A stretch of 62,710 bases of DNA, filler included, from Klebsormidium nitens (taxonomy: Eukaryota; Plantae; Klebsormidiophyceae), in the NCBI GenBank assembly GCA_000708835.1. It is 4 parts of 4 records of this genome, joined end to end, with 100 filler letters (N's around TTAATTAATTAA, not from the genome) between each part and the next. Parts side by side here need not be neighbours in the genome. Positions count along the whole stretch, not along the records: positions 10,458 to 35,098 come from DF237851.1; positions 35,199 to 44,807 come from DF238190.1; 2 more parts are not named here. One strand, given 5' to 3'. Positions 24,614 to 35,379 of this stretch are shown in pieces. Positions within the stretch are counted from its first letter, which is position 1; every line of letters begins with the position of its first letter. The position numbers were made by a program, and so were the translations under genes. The notes beneath the pieces are model-generated. The model was not told the DNA's origin. It did not search any database and saw only the letters and a program-made list of their open reading frames with translations.

Positions 24614-27600
24614 GACAACGGCGACCCAGAGGGCAGGCCCCCGGGCCTTATGACGAAGATGACGAGCACCCCCTCCGGCCAGGGGGGCGCCGGCGCTCCT
24701 GGTGAATCCATGGACGTTGACAGTCGGCCACAGCCGTCCAGCGCCCATTGCAGTCAGGTGCGTCTCAAGTGCGAGTGCATGCGAACGCTAAAGAGAACCA
24801 AGCAAGCAGACCCATTCGCACACGCCCCCAGTTCCTTGCTTTTTGGGCAGTGTTGTAGACCGTCGCTTGGTTGTTGAAGAACCTCCCCGGCTGCCCAGAG
24901 ATTTGTCCAAAGGTCCAAGATTCTGTCCGGCTGTCCTGATCTCATTCCGGCTGAGGCTGCCCAACCTTCTTTGAGTGTTCAGAAACATGTCCGGTTGCCC
25001 AGGTCCCTGTCTGGCTGCCATAAACCCTCGCGTGTCTGCAAATGTCTGGTTGTCTAGAGTTCCGTCCGGATGCCGCCCAACAAATCTCTCCGGCTGTTCG
25101 AGATCATGTTCGGCTGACCGGAAAACTCGCCAGTCAATCTGCCGTTCCCAGAAACGAATGGTCATGTTACAGTCTCTTGCTAATCTCAACTTTGAGTCTG
25201 ATCTTTCTTCGCTTGAGGCTTGTTCTCATTCCGAATGAAACCAGCGTTCAACTTCCGTCAAAGTACTGGAAGTTTCTGGTATCGGCTCGAAAGCTGTCTA
25301 GGATTCATCTGCTGCATACTCACGGTGTTCTTGAAAGACCCTACGTATGCACCACAGAACTTGAGGAATCGAAGACCGTTCAGCTCTGCCGACATCATTC
25401 GGGAGCTTCGCTCTCAGAAGGTGTGACAGGAACTCGGACACTTGGACGAATATCTCCCCTGTTAACTACAAAGTTTCTACCTTAGGATGTCTGCTGACGT
25501 CACTTAACAAGCCCGAGCTAAAAAGGCATGCTACAAAGGCGGACACTCAGACAGGCATTGCTCCCATCACCATCAATCACAGAAGGATTCCACTCGGGTT
25601 GTCTGCTGACGTCACTTAACAGGCCTGAGCCCAAAAGGTTGGTCACAAACTCGGACACTCAGACAGGGGTGTTGGCATTGTCTCAACCCATCGCGCTGGC
25701 CATCTTGAGGTGATGGTTGCTGACGTCACGAAGCAGGCTCGAGCTCAAAAAGCATGTCACAAACTCGGACACTCGGACAGCGGTCTCTCAACAGCTGCAA
25801 CGCTAGTCTTAGCCTCACATTGATTCATTAATTCTTCTTATGTCAAGCGGCACGCATGGTTGTGCAGGCAAGCAGTGGCAGCAACCAGCAGCCGCCGCGC
25901 GCCTTCAGCGGAGAGGAGTGGCGGAAGACGGAGTCAGAAGGGGAGGGCGAGGACATCGAGGGGGCGGAGTTTGAAGGCAAAGACGAGTCCTCGGATGAGG
26001 AGACCTCTCAGGATCGCACCATGATCGACGACGCGCCTCAGGAAGAGGAGAACGAAGTGGTGCAGTACGGCCGGATCAACGCGGCAATGGAGACAGATTC
26101 GGACGCAGAGGGCTTCTCCCAGGCGCTGGCAAAGCTCAAGCGCCGCGCGCCGAATGTGGAGACCAACCCGGCCCCAAGCAACCGCCGGCGCCGCGTGCTG
26201 CTCTCACCCTCCGACTCCTCGAGCGAGGATGAGGGCAGCTCGTCCCCGGTTCGCAGCCAGGCCCCGAGCGCCAAGCACCCCCCCTTGCCGGAGGAAGGGG
26301 AAGCGCTTGGGGCGGACTGCCCGATGCCGGACGACCCCGCATGGGAGCCTGAAGATGACGGCTGGTCGGACGACCTGCCGCCGGAGCCCGAGGATGATGG
26401 CTGGTCGGACTTCTTCGACCTGAGCTTGGAGGACGACTTCGCCCAAGCGTGCGAGATCGTCCCACGTTCGCGCGGGGGCAGCAGCCCGGTGAGCACCCTC
26501 CACCCCCTCCTCCGCTCTTTCTTTTGTTTCTCGATCGGATAGGAACTCGGGGTGCAGTTTGTCTGCAGTCAGCTGATTGCATTAAGGCCTGATTGCGCGC
26601 CCAGAAGAAGTGAGCGCACAATTGCAACCAAATGATACAGAAGACATAGGGACTCTTTGATGAAGTCGTGTACATTGCCGGTCAATTGCCGACTTTGACA
26701 GGTGATGTTCGTGTACATAGCCATTCAACTCATGTACATAGCCATTCAATCCCTCAAGTTAAGAGCTGATGTACACGGAAACTCAACTCGCATTTCAGAA
26801 CTTTGAAGCGACCAGAAATCCGGACAACTCTAGGCGATAATCACAGTGATTCTTCTGGATTCTCAGGAGAAGAAAAGGTACATGCTCGAACAAACCTCCC
26901 TTCGTGTTGAGCGGCTGGTGCACATCACCCCCCCTTTGCAGCATGCCCGCCGATGTACTCGGATCCGTGAAGCACATCTGAAGACTAGGAGGCGGTGCCA
27001 ACGAACCAATGAAGACGTCACTTGATTTCGTACACAATAAAGTTAAGGAACTTCTGGACCCCTTCTGTTGTTTGCAGTGCTTCTAGGGTGCCAAAAAGAC
27101 TGGTCTAACTCTCTATACCGCACTTCCTCGCAGGCCGCAGCTGCCAACAGTGCTCCGATCGCCCTCGACGCGGCTGAGCCAACCTCGCTGGACCACTGGC
27201 TCACCTCGCCCTCCACCCCCGTCCCCGTCCCGAGCGCCGCGGCTGCCCAGAGCGCAACCAGGGCGGCCCAACAGGAGCAGAACCTACCTGCTGCGGCCCA
27301 GAGCTCAGGGGGCGCAACCAACGCCACCCAACCGCCCCCTGCTCCCCCCCCCTTCCCCCAGGGCGTTGCGGTGCAGGAAACGATGCCCTTCCGTCAGGTA
27401 GGCTTTTTTCGTGCAGATTGTGATCACCCCCTTTCTCCGCTTGGTAAGCGGTCGGCTCAAAATTAAAGTCGCTTTGCTTGCTGATGTCATTACGGTATTT
27501 TGAGGTTGACGCCGCGTGCTTCACACATTGTAACCGATGGTGACTTTCTGCACTGCTTTGAAGCAACGGCCATGTGATGCTCTCTCACGAAACTGGCTCA

Positions 27601-30600
27601 CTCGATGGGTGCTTATTTCTCGCAGGTACCCAGCCTAGCCGACGTGGGGGGGCCGTCACGAGTTAACCCCATCGTGGCCGCCGCTCATCACTTGCACACG
27701 CGTGGTGTGGTGGCGCTGACGTTCAACATGAAAGTCTCGCTGAACGACAAGGGAGAGGAGAAGAAAGCGCCGGCTGGCCTCATGCCAGAGTGGCAGAAGA
27801 AGTGCGATCTCGGCAACTGTTTGCGCCAAGGAGTCCGGCCCGGCAGGACCTGCCTCGCCATTGTGACCGAGCCCTCAGACATCATTGTCTTTGACGTCGA
27901 TAGCAAGGACAATGGGGTGGCGACCTTCGAGCAGGTGCTGGCAGAGCACGGCCCTTTGCCTGTCGACACCCCCTGGGAGTGGTCAGGAAATAGGCCTGGG
28001 AAGCACCTCTTCTTCTCCCTCTCGGAGTCCAAGGCCACTGGGTTGCTGAGCGGCGCCAGCAGGGCACGTCTACTTTATGAGGGCAAGAAGGTGGGCTGGG
28101 ACATGCGCGGCGAGGGTGGCATGATCTTCGTGGGCCCGAGCAGCTACAAGGGCATGGACGGCATTGTCCGCTCGTACGAGTGGGTGCAGGAGATCGCGCC
28201 GGACCGCTCCAACCTCCGCGCCATGCCCGGGTGGCTGATCCGGATCATCAACGACAGCGCTGCTCCTCCAGCACCACCGAGGTACAGCCCTTTTTCCGGA
28301 TCTGGACCAAGGGGGACGTACCAGGTTCCATCCTTGCCTTGTGCCGACATCCGGTTTTGTACGTTCCGCATCAATCGCGGTCTCTGTGTGACACACAGCC
28401 TCAGGTTGTTGTGGGAGATAGAGTCAGGCTGTTTTGGAGATGCACAGTCGGGCTGCTTTGGGGCCCTCGTTCAAGCTAGTCTCTGGGCCGTAGTCAAGCT
28501 GGTTTTGAAGGGCGCAATCAACCTATTGTGAAGCAGGTTTGGGGGCGGCGCAAGATCATAGCCGGATTTCCTCTTGAGACACAGCCGGGATGGCCTCTTG
28601 GCCGGAGTCAGTATGCTTTGGGGCCGCATTCAGGCTTTTTTGTTGGGCTGCAACCGGCCTGTTTTGGGTCCGCATTCGTCTTGTTCTTTCGGCCGTACAC
28701 AGGCCATTCCGGGACAGCGCCTTCAGCCTGTTGTTGAGGGCGTGATCAATCTTGCTTAAGATCTGCGGTCGGGCTCTCCTCCAGACCGTAGTCGGTCCGT
28801 TTCTGGGGCCGTAATCAACCTCTTCTGAGATGCCCCGAGAGACTACGCTTGCGGTCCCCTTCGTTTCAGCGACCACTCTCCTTTGATATCCTCTTCAGGG
28901 CAGCGCCATTGGCCCCCACTCGCTTCGCTGAGGGCCTCGATGCCGACGGAGTCGAGTTGCCCCCTCCGCCGGCGGTCCTGGAGCGCATCAAGAAGTGCCT
29001 TGCAGACGTAGGAGACACCTCCTCGCGCTTCGACAAGCTCAAGAGGTTCCCTGGGGGGCCGGATCTGTACGCCTACCGCGTCAGCGGCGCACGCGTGTGT
29101 CCGTATGGTGTGAGCCACAGCGGCTCGAACAACTTTTGTGTCCTGGTACGTGGTCGCGGTCTTTTCTACAAGTGCAACAGCTCCGAGTGCTGCGACGTTC
29201 ATCCGCAGCGCAAGATCGGGGAGCTCACGGCACAGGAGAGCATGGTGGGGGGCGAGACGGCCCCGGTTGCTGAGGACGACCCGACTGTGTACGACATGCT
29301 GACGAAGGCCTTTGTGGACTACTGGGCGTTTAAAGGAGACATGGGCGGCAGTCGGATTGTTGCGCAGATGTACTCCAGATGCCACTGGTGAAGCTACCTT
29401 TCGTCGTTTCTCGTTCAAGCTCCGCAATCTTGGGTGATTCTTTGAAGAGGTTTTAGGCTCTTTCCTTACGTGACCTCAATCCGACATTGGTTGGGATGTA
29501 CTCCTCTCTTGTGTCCGAACTTCGACTTCTTGAGAGCCCTACCGAAATCGCAATCCGAATGGTGTCCGCTGATGCTGTGTCCGAGTGTCCAAGTTTTTGG
29601 ATATGGGTTTGGAGTCAGCAACCCGAGATGACGTCAGCAGCCCCCCGCCCTCGCTCACTCGGCTCCAGTTGACAGCTTGCGTCGTCTCCGTGTGTCCTTT
29701 TGGGCCAGCAATCAATTTGACGGCGGCAGCGATTGCGCCATAATCTCTTGCAAAACCAACTGTCTGCTTTGCATCTTGTGTCCGAGTGTCCGCCTTTTGT
29801 GCACATCTTTCTCTTAGCAGCTCGGTGTGACAACAGCAGTTACCTCAGCCGATGAGCCTTCCTTCGTTTGCACGTAGATCAATGGGCATCATGGCCCAGT
29901 TTTCTCCACAATGAAGCTTGACTTTTCGAAGCGGCTAGAGAAGTGACACCTTTCCTCTTCTTTCTGACTGCAGGATCTGGTATGATTCGGAGGGCAAGAC
30001 TTGGTGGATATGGGATGGGAAGCGCTTCAAGCAGGCTGCAATCGAGACGGTCAGATATATCTGCATTCATCAGCTGAGCACCGTTTACGGTCGAGTTCGA
30101 GCAGAATTGAAGGAGCAGATAGATGAGACCGTCGACGAGAAAGAGAAGAAGCTGCTGAGCAAGCGTCTCGACAAAGTGAGACGCTACTACGACGCTGGTG
30201 AGATCGGCTCGACCTTGTCGATCATGGCAGGGGAGATGGCCCTGGATTTGGTGGGGGAGCTGGATGCCAACCCGGACATCCTGAACGTTCAGAACGGGGT
30301 CATCAGCCTGCGCACTGGCCAGCTCGACATTCACAGGCCGGAGTACTTGTGCACCAAGCTAGCTGACGTCAACTTCAAGGTGCGCTTCAAGTTTTTGGAT
30401 TGTGATGTCGTTTTTGTGCAGCTGTTGAGACACATACCGCCAGCGTGTTGGTTGACTAAAGAGAAGAGGTCACCTCAGAGCCTCTTCTTGCTGATATCAA
30501 CGTCCATGAAACTTCTCGAAATCACATTGACAGATTGAGGGATTTCTTTCCTGAAACCTTGTGGCCTTTGTGAAATGTTGAAGTCTTGAGGCTGCCACCT

Positions 30601-32196
30601 CAGGGATTACTTTGCACGTTCTAGCTTGATCATGTCCTAGCAAGCTGAGATGCCATGCAAAGTAGTGTGCAGCAAGGACTTGATGCTTTCTGCATTGTGG
30701 CCTTGGAAGTAAGCAGATCAGAAGAAGCTCCGGACGACCCGTTCCTTGCAGGGGCTCAGTCATCCGACCCCCACCATCCGCGATTTCCTGGCCGACATCT
30801 TCAACGGCGACCAAGCACTCATTGAGTTCATGCAGAGGCTATGGGGGTACGCCATAAACGGGCGGATCAGCGAGGAGATCATTGTGTTCTTACTCGGAAG
30901 CGGCGGTAGGTCGCTCACGTTAAAACCGCTCTGATTGCTCTTGTTTGGGCGTCTCTTTGTTCAACCGTCCAGGGATCCCCGTTTTCGAAAGCAACCCAAT
31001 GAGACAGCAGTCTTCAGCCATCCCCTCAAGGTCTGCTGCGATTGATAGCGTGCAAGCGTCCGAGTGTCCGCGCTCCGTGCTTACCTTCTCGAAGGGCCTC
31101 CTTTTGGTGACGTCAGCAACCATGCCGCCCAATAGCTTCTAGGTGTCCGAGTGTTTGAGCACTCTGCCCGCCTCTTGGAAGATACTCCTTCCAGATGACG
31201 TCATCAACCATCACACCCAAAATTCGCTCTTGATAGCTTCCAAGTGTCCGAGGTTTTTGAGCTCTGTGCCCACTTTTAAAAGATAGGGGTTTCAGCAGGC
31301 AGTCTGACTACTCACCCTGCTCTACTTGATGTGCAGGGAATGGCAAGGGGGTCTGCAAGGAGATGCTCGAGAATACGCTGGGCGAGTACTACGGAGTGAT
31401 GGCCAAGGACGCTGTGGTGAAGCCTCCCGGGCAGCGACCCCCCACCAAGGGTGCTGCCACGGGCTACCTCGCCGAATTGAAGGGCTTCCGGGTTGCTATC
31501 ACGGACGAGACGAGCCCGGGCGAGCGCGTTGATCTCGGGCTCGTCCTCATGATGACCGGCGGGGGAAAGCAGAGTTTTCGAAACCTCTTCGAGAAAAACG
31601 CTACGATCCGCTTTACCCATACGCCTTTCATCCAAACCAACTACGATCCTGAGATCCCCCCGACCCTGGCGAAGCAGGCCAACATTGACCGCCGCCTCAT
31701 CGTGGTTCGATTCCCAAACGAGTACGTGTCTGAGAACAAGTTCGACGAAACGAACCCTAGCCATAGGCTCGTGGATGGCAGTCTGAAGCAGCGGATGCAG
31801 ACGCCAGCGGTCTGTGAAGAGTTCCTCACGTTCTTGGTCCAAGGGAGCTGCGCTTGGTACGAGGACCCCACGGTCTTGCGCCGGCACCCGCCGGCCGTTC
31901 AGGCGGCCTCGATGGCGTGGCTGCAGCGTGGAGACAAGCTGCAGACCTTCCTGCAGTCGGAGCACTGCGTCCTGGACGCAGCTGACACGCCCGACGCCAC
32001 AAAGACCGTCACGTGGGAGGACGAATTCTGGAGACAGTTCCAGTTGTTTGCAGGGCTGAAGATTGCCAAGGAGGAGTTGGCTAAGCAGATGCGGGAGAAA
32101 GGGTATGGGAGAACGAAGCGCGCTGGGCGTTTCACCGGTGATCTCGCTTCTCAGCGGAGCTCGTGCTATGTAGGCTTCAAGTGCGAGTACGATTGA
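24614..32196 (+). CDS. Spliced virus-type primase-helicase: acidic low-complexity N-terminus, Prim-Pol (AEP) domain, Zn-binding module, D5_N, SF3 helicase; 5' end uncertain
   Basis: Exons 24614-24757, 25868-26488, 27134-27397, 27626-28281, 28899-29387, 29974-30379, 30752-30905 and 31337-32196 splice GT-AG with consistent phases (the last five total 2565 nt = 855 codons). Prim-Pol motifs IIVFDVD, GKHLFF and DMRGEGGMIFVGPS; Zn motif CPYGVSHSGSNNF...YKCNSSEC; D5_N WWIWDGKRF and LNVQNGVISLRTG; Walker A GSGG|NGKG; Walker B ITDET; motif C IQTNYDP. A further upstream exon at 24048-24319 is possible. Confidence 0.88.
26570..26815 (+). repeat. About 250-bp dispersed direct repeat (copy 2), inside a primase-helicase gene intron
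   Basis: See the copy at 22812-23050. Confidence 0.9.
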
Positions 32197-33107
32197 CACG
32201 CGTCCACCTTGTAAAAGCCAGTTGCTTGCTTGTTCCATGAGGCTTGCTTCGATGAGAAGAATTGTACATAGACTGATTGCCCACCTCTTGAAAGAATAGG
32301 CCATTAGGGGCGAGCAGAATTGAGAAGCATTTTTCCGTCGTAAGAACCAGTCGCTTGCTTTCAAGTTTCTTCCACTAGTCTTGCATTGACCGTTGGGTAG
32401 AACTGTACATAAGTTATTGTTTTCTGCCGACCTTTCAGAGAGTAGGCTTTAGGTACGTGTTACGATTGAGAGGCCTTTCCACGAAAACGAAAAAAACAAG
32501 TCGCTTGCTGTTCCGTTAGTGGTGCTTTGTTGAATAGTATTGTATACAAGGTAGATCAGGTGCCCACCTTTGTGGAGGTAGCATAAATGATGCTCTAGCT
32601 AACAAGTCCTTTGGCTCGTGGCCGTTTGCGTATATGGTCACATATGTTACCAAGCATGCTGTTTGTACAAAATCCAACCGTATGATGCATGTCATTCATG
32701 GAAGCCGGTAGCAATTTGTAGTTCAATACACAGGGGCATACTACACTAGTATGACGGTGAATATGGATGAAAGGCGGAATGGCTGCTGACGTCATGAAAA
32801 GAGGACCTTCTGAGAAGGTATGCACAGGTCTCGGACACTTGGACGCAAGCTTAGCCACCATCAACTACAGCAGATACATATTGCTAGTGGACTGGCTGCT
32901 GACGTCATGAAAAGGGGACCTTCCGAAAAGGTCTGCGCAAATCTCGGACACTTGGACGCACGCGACTTTCCACGAAATGTCGCTGGCCTCTAAAGGTGAA
33001 GCGAGCGGCCCGTCACTCTCGTCTGTTGATCCTTACTAAGAATCGCATCGAGGCTTAGAAGAATGCGAAATGAACAATCATACAGAATCGAGCGGTCTAA
33101 GCACGAG

Positions 33108-34371
33108 ATGGCGGACCCCAGCATCGCTTCGCTGCATCATTCCGCTGTGCCCGAAGTATCTAGACAACAATGGGAGAGGCGGAACAACCGCTACGTTTGC
33201 CTTGAAAATCATTCGGATCGACATGAAGGAGCGTGCAGTAGGGACTTTGCGTCGAAGCAAGCTCTCGAGGTCCACCGCGCAAGGACCGGTTGCGAGCCAG
33301 CAAAGCTGCCCATCGAGCGTCGCATCTCTAGGTTGCGAGGCTTGAGCCCTGATGAAGCCCATCGCATGAAGCAGCGAAGCAATCATGCTGCAGTTGCGAA
33401 GTACCGAGATACCTTGAAGGGAAAGTGGGCCACCTTCAGAGCCCGCCATATGGCAAAGTACCGCGATCTCTCGTTGAAAGCCGTACCGGCGCCCCCAGAG
33501 CCCGAGGCACCGCCCTACATGTGGCCGCCAATCTCGTGGCTTCTGGCAGACGCTCAGTTCACCCCCAACGAGGTGAAGGCGCGGTTCGCTTCAGGTAACA
33601 TCCAACTGAGCCACTCGACCTGGTCCCTGAGGTTTCACCCGGATAAGGTTCAGGTGAGATGGTCTAAGCCCTGCCTTCATAGACCCGTGGCCATCAAACA
33701 AATGACTAAAGATAGTGTACATCTTTGCTCATTGTGACGCTCAAATTGTATTCAAGTCCCATTCCTATCATGCGGCCATCAGAAAGATGTCTGAGTATAG
33801 TGTACATCTTTGCTCATTATGATGCTTAAAGTGTACATCAAGTCACATTCCTATCATGCGATCCTTTGATTAGTGTACATCTTTGCTCATTTGGATGCTT
33901 GAAGTGTACATAGATGCTTATTTAAAGTTGTGAGAAATACCACGGTGGCCAACAAGTCCTCGTTCTTTGTGATAACAGGAGAGAAGCCCGCACCATTTGG
34001 AAGACTTTGGACGACACTACATCCACGAGCTACGCAAGCTTGGGAGGGAGAGCGCGGGACCAAGTTCTCTTAACGCTGTACAAGCTCTCTATGCCACCGA
34101 GCTGTTTGCGCCTCTAAACGATCGCTTCAAGCAAGGCCTCAACGCTCAAAAAGCAGGAGGCATGCTCTGGAAGGCGTGGCTCAACGTGGAGGTTGCACTC
34201 GTTACAGATTACGTGGTCTATCTTCTGAGGGTTGCAGAGTTCGAGGAGCGGGTCCTGCAACGTGCAAGCACTACAGAGTTGCTTAACGCAGCTCGAGGAG
34301 CTTGGGTTGAAAGACAGCTAGAGGTGCAGTTTTTGAAGTCGAAGGCATATCGAAGGTACCACGAGCCGTAG
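33108..34371 (+). CDS. Hypothetical 2-exon protein with an atypical C2HC zinc finger and a J-domain-like HPDK motif
   Basis: Exons 33108-33653 and 33979-34371 (GT-AG, phase 0). YVC-x11-CSRDFASKQALEVH-x5-C keeps the C-x3-F-x5-L-x2-H spacing of classical fingers; WSLRFHPDK lies just before the intron. Confidence 0.55.
33712..33915. repeat. AGTGTACAT-type minisatellite in the intron of the Zn-finger gene
   Basis: TAGTGTACATCTTTGCTCATT x3, AAGTGTACAT x2 and CAAGTC.CATTCCTATCATGCG x2. Confidence 0.85.
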
Positions 34372-34473
34372 TATCGAGGCCCTTCACCGATTTCGTCACC
34401 TCTTCACCAACTTCGTCTTGACAATCTGCACAATTTCGCTTCTTAAATAATAAAGCAAGTGGAATTGAATGCC

Positions 34474-35028
34474 ATGGACTCGATTGTTCGTTATCAACCG
34501 AAAGACCGAGCTGCAGTGATTGAATTGGACAATCAAGTACATAAGTCCGTGAGGTCGGCCATCATCCGTTGCTATAAAGATCTAGGCACCACAAACACTT
34601 ATCTTGACATCGGAACTCTAGCAGGCTTGAGAGCCTTGACCCCACCACACAATCTGGCCCGTGTCACTCAAAGAGTTGTGAGGTCATTAAATGCAGAAGG
34701 TTTTCGTGCATTTCAGGACACGTCCGACTTACATGGCCCTACTCTGTATACCGTCTTCGTCGATTGGAGAAGCGCATTGAAAAGCGCAAGAAAGGCAGAG
34801 CGGAAGGCCCACTACCGGGCTCGAAATGTAAACGCCGATGCCTTAGAACGGAGGAATCTCCCTTCGAGGCAGAGTCATCGCAATCTTGAGTGCACGGCAG
34901 CTGGAGGTGGCGTTGATGATTGGGAGAACGAGGACATGGAAGTATTATTGCTGGACTGGCTCGCTAATCCGGCAAAGATTCGTAATAAGCAGAGCAACGA
35001 AGAGAATGTGCCCCTTTTGAAAAAATGA
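34474..35028 (+). CDS. Small intronless hypothetical protein, paralogue of 453-893
   Basis: Within ORF 34459-35028; GCCATG start (MDSIV). IIRCYKDLGTTNTYLDIGTLAGLRALTPPHNL aligns ungapped with IKRIYEEERCTSMTLKLGKIAGLKGMLPPHSM. Confidence 0.65.
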   Translation: MDSIVRYQPKDRAAVIELDNQVHKSVRSAIIRCYKDLGTTNTYLDIGTLAGLRALTPPHNLARVTQRVVRSLNAEGFRAFQDTSDLHGPTLYTVFVDWRSALKSARKAERKAHYRARNVNADALERRNLPSRQSHRNLECTAAGGGVDDWENEDMEVLLLDWLANPAKIRNKQSNEENVPLLKK

Positions 35029-35379
35029 ATGCCCTTAGAATGCCCAATGAATGAAAAGTGTACAGCGATATTCACGTTTTCTAGATTAATCACTTTTCNN
35101 NNNNNNNNNNNNNNNNNNNNNNNNNNNNNNNNNNNNNNNNNNTTAATTAATTAANNNNNNNNNNNNNNNNNNNNNNNNNNNNNNNNNNNNNNNNNNNNGT
35201 CTCTTATCTGAATCAGTCCGACTCAGCATTGCCTAAACCATCACTGAATCTAAGCCGTCGATAAAGTATCACTCAGTTATCGAGGTTATACTTCTGGTTA
35301 TATCTGGCCTCTGACTAACCGAGCTGAGTGCAATCTAGCCATCATAGAGATTCTACTTCTAACAAGGAGAACCCTGAAT

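Larger units (their letters stand above)
23590..32960. repeat. Dispersed arrays of a bipartite motif GCTGACGTCA...CTCGGACAC(TCGGAC), about 14 copies in both orientations
   Basis: Plus-strand copies start at 24446, 25388 (variant), 25493, 25605, 25719, 32785 and 32898. Minus-strand copies end at 23656, 23766, 23990, 29638, about 29837, 31117 and 31205. The offset between the two half-motifs is 45 nt in 12 of the 14 copies checked (43 and 46 in the other two). Confidence 0.9.
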
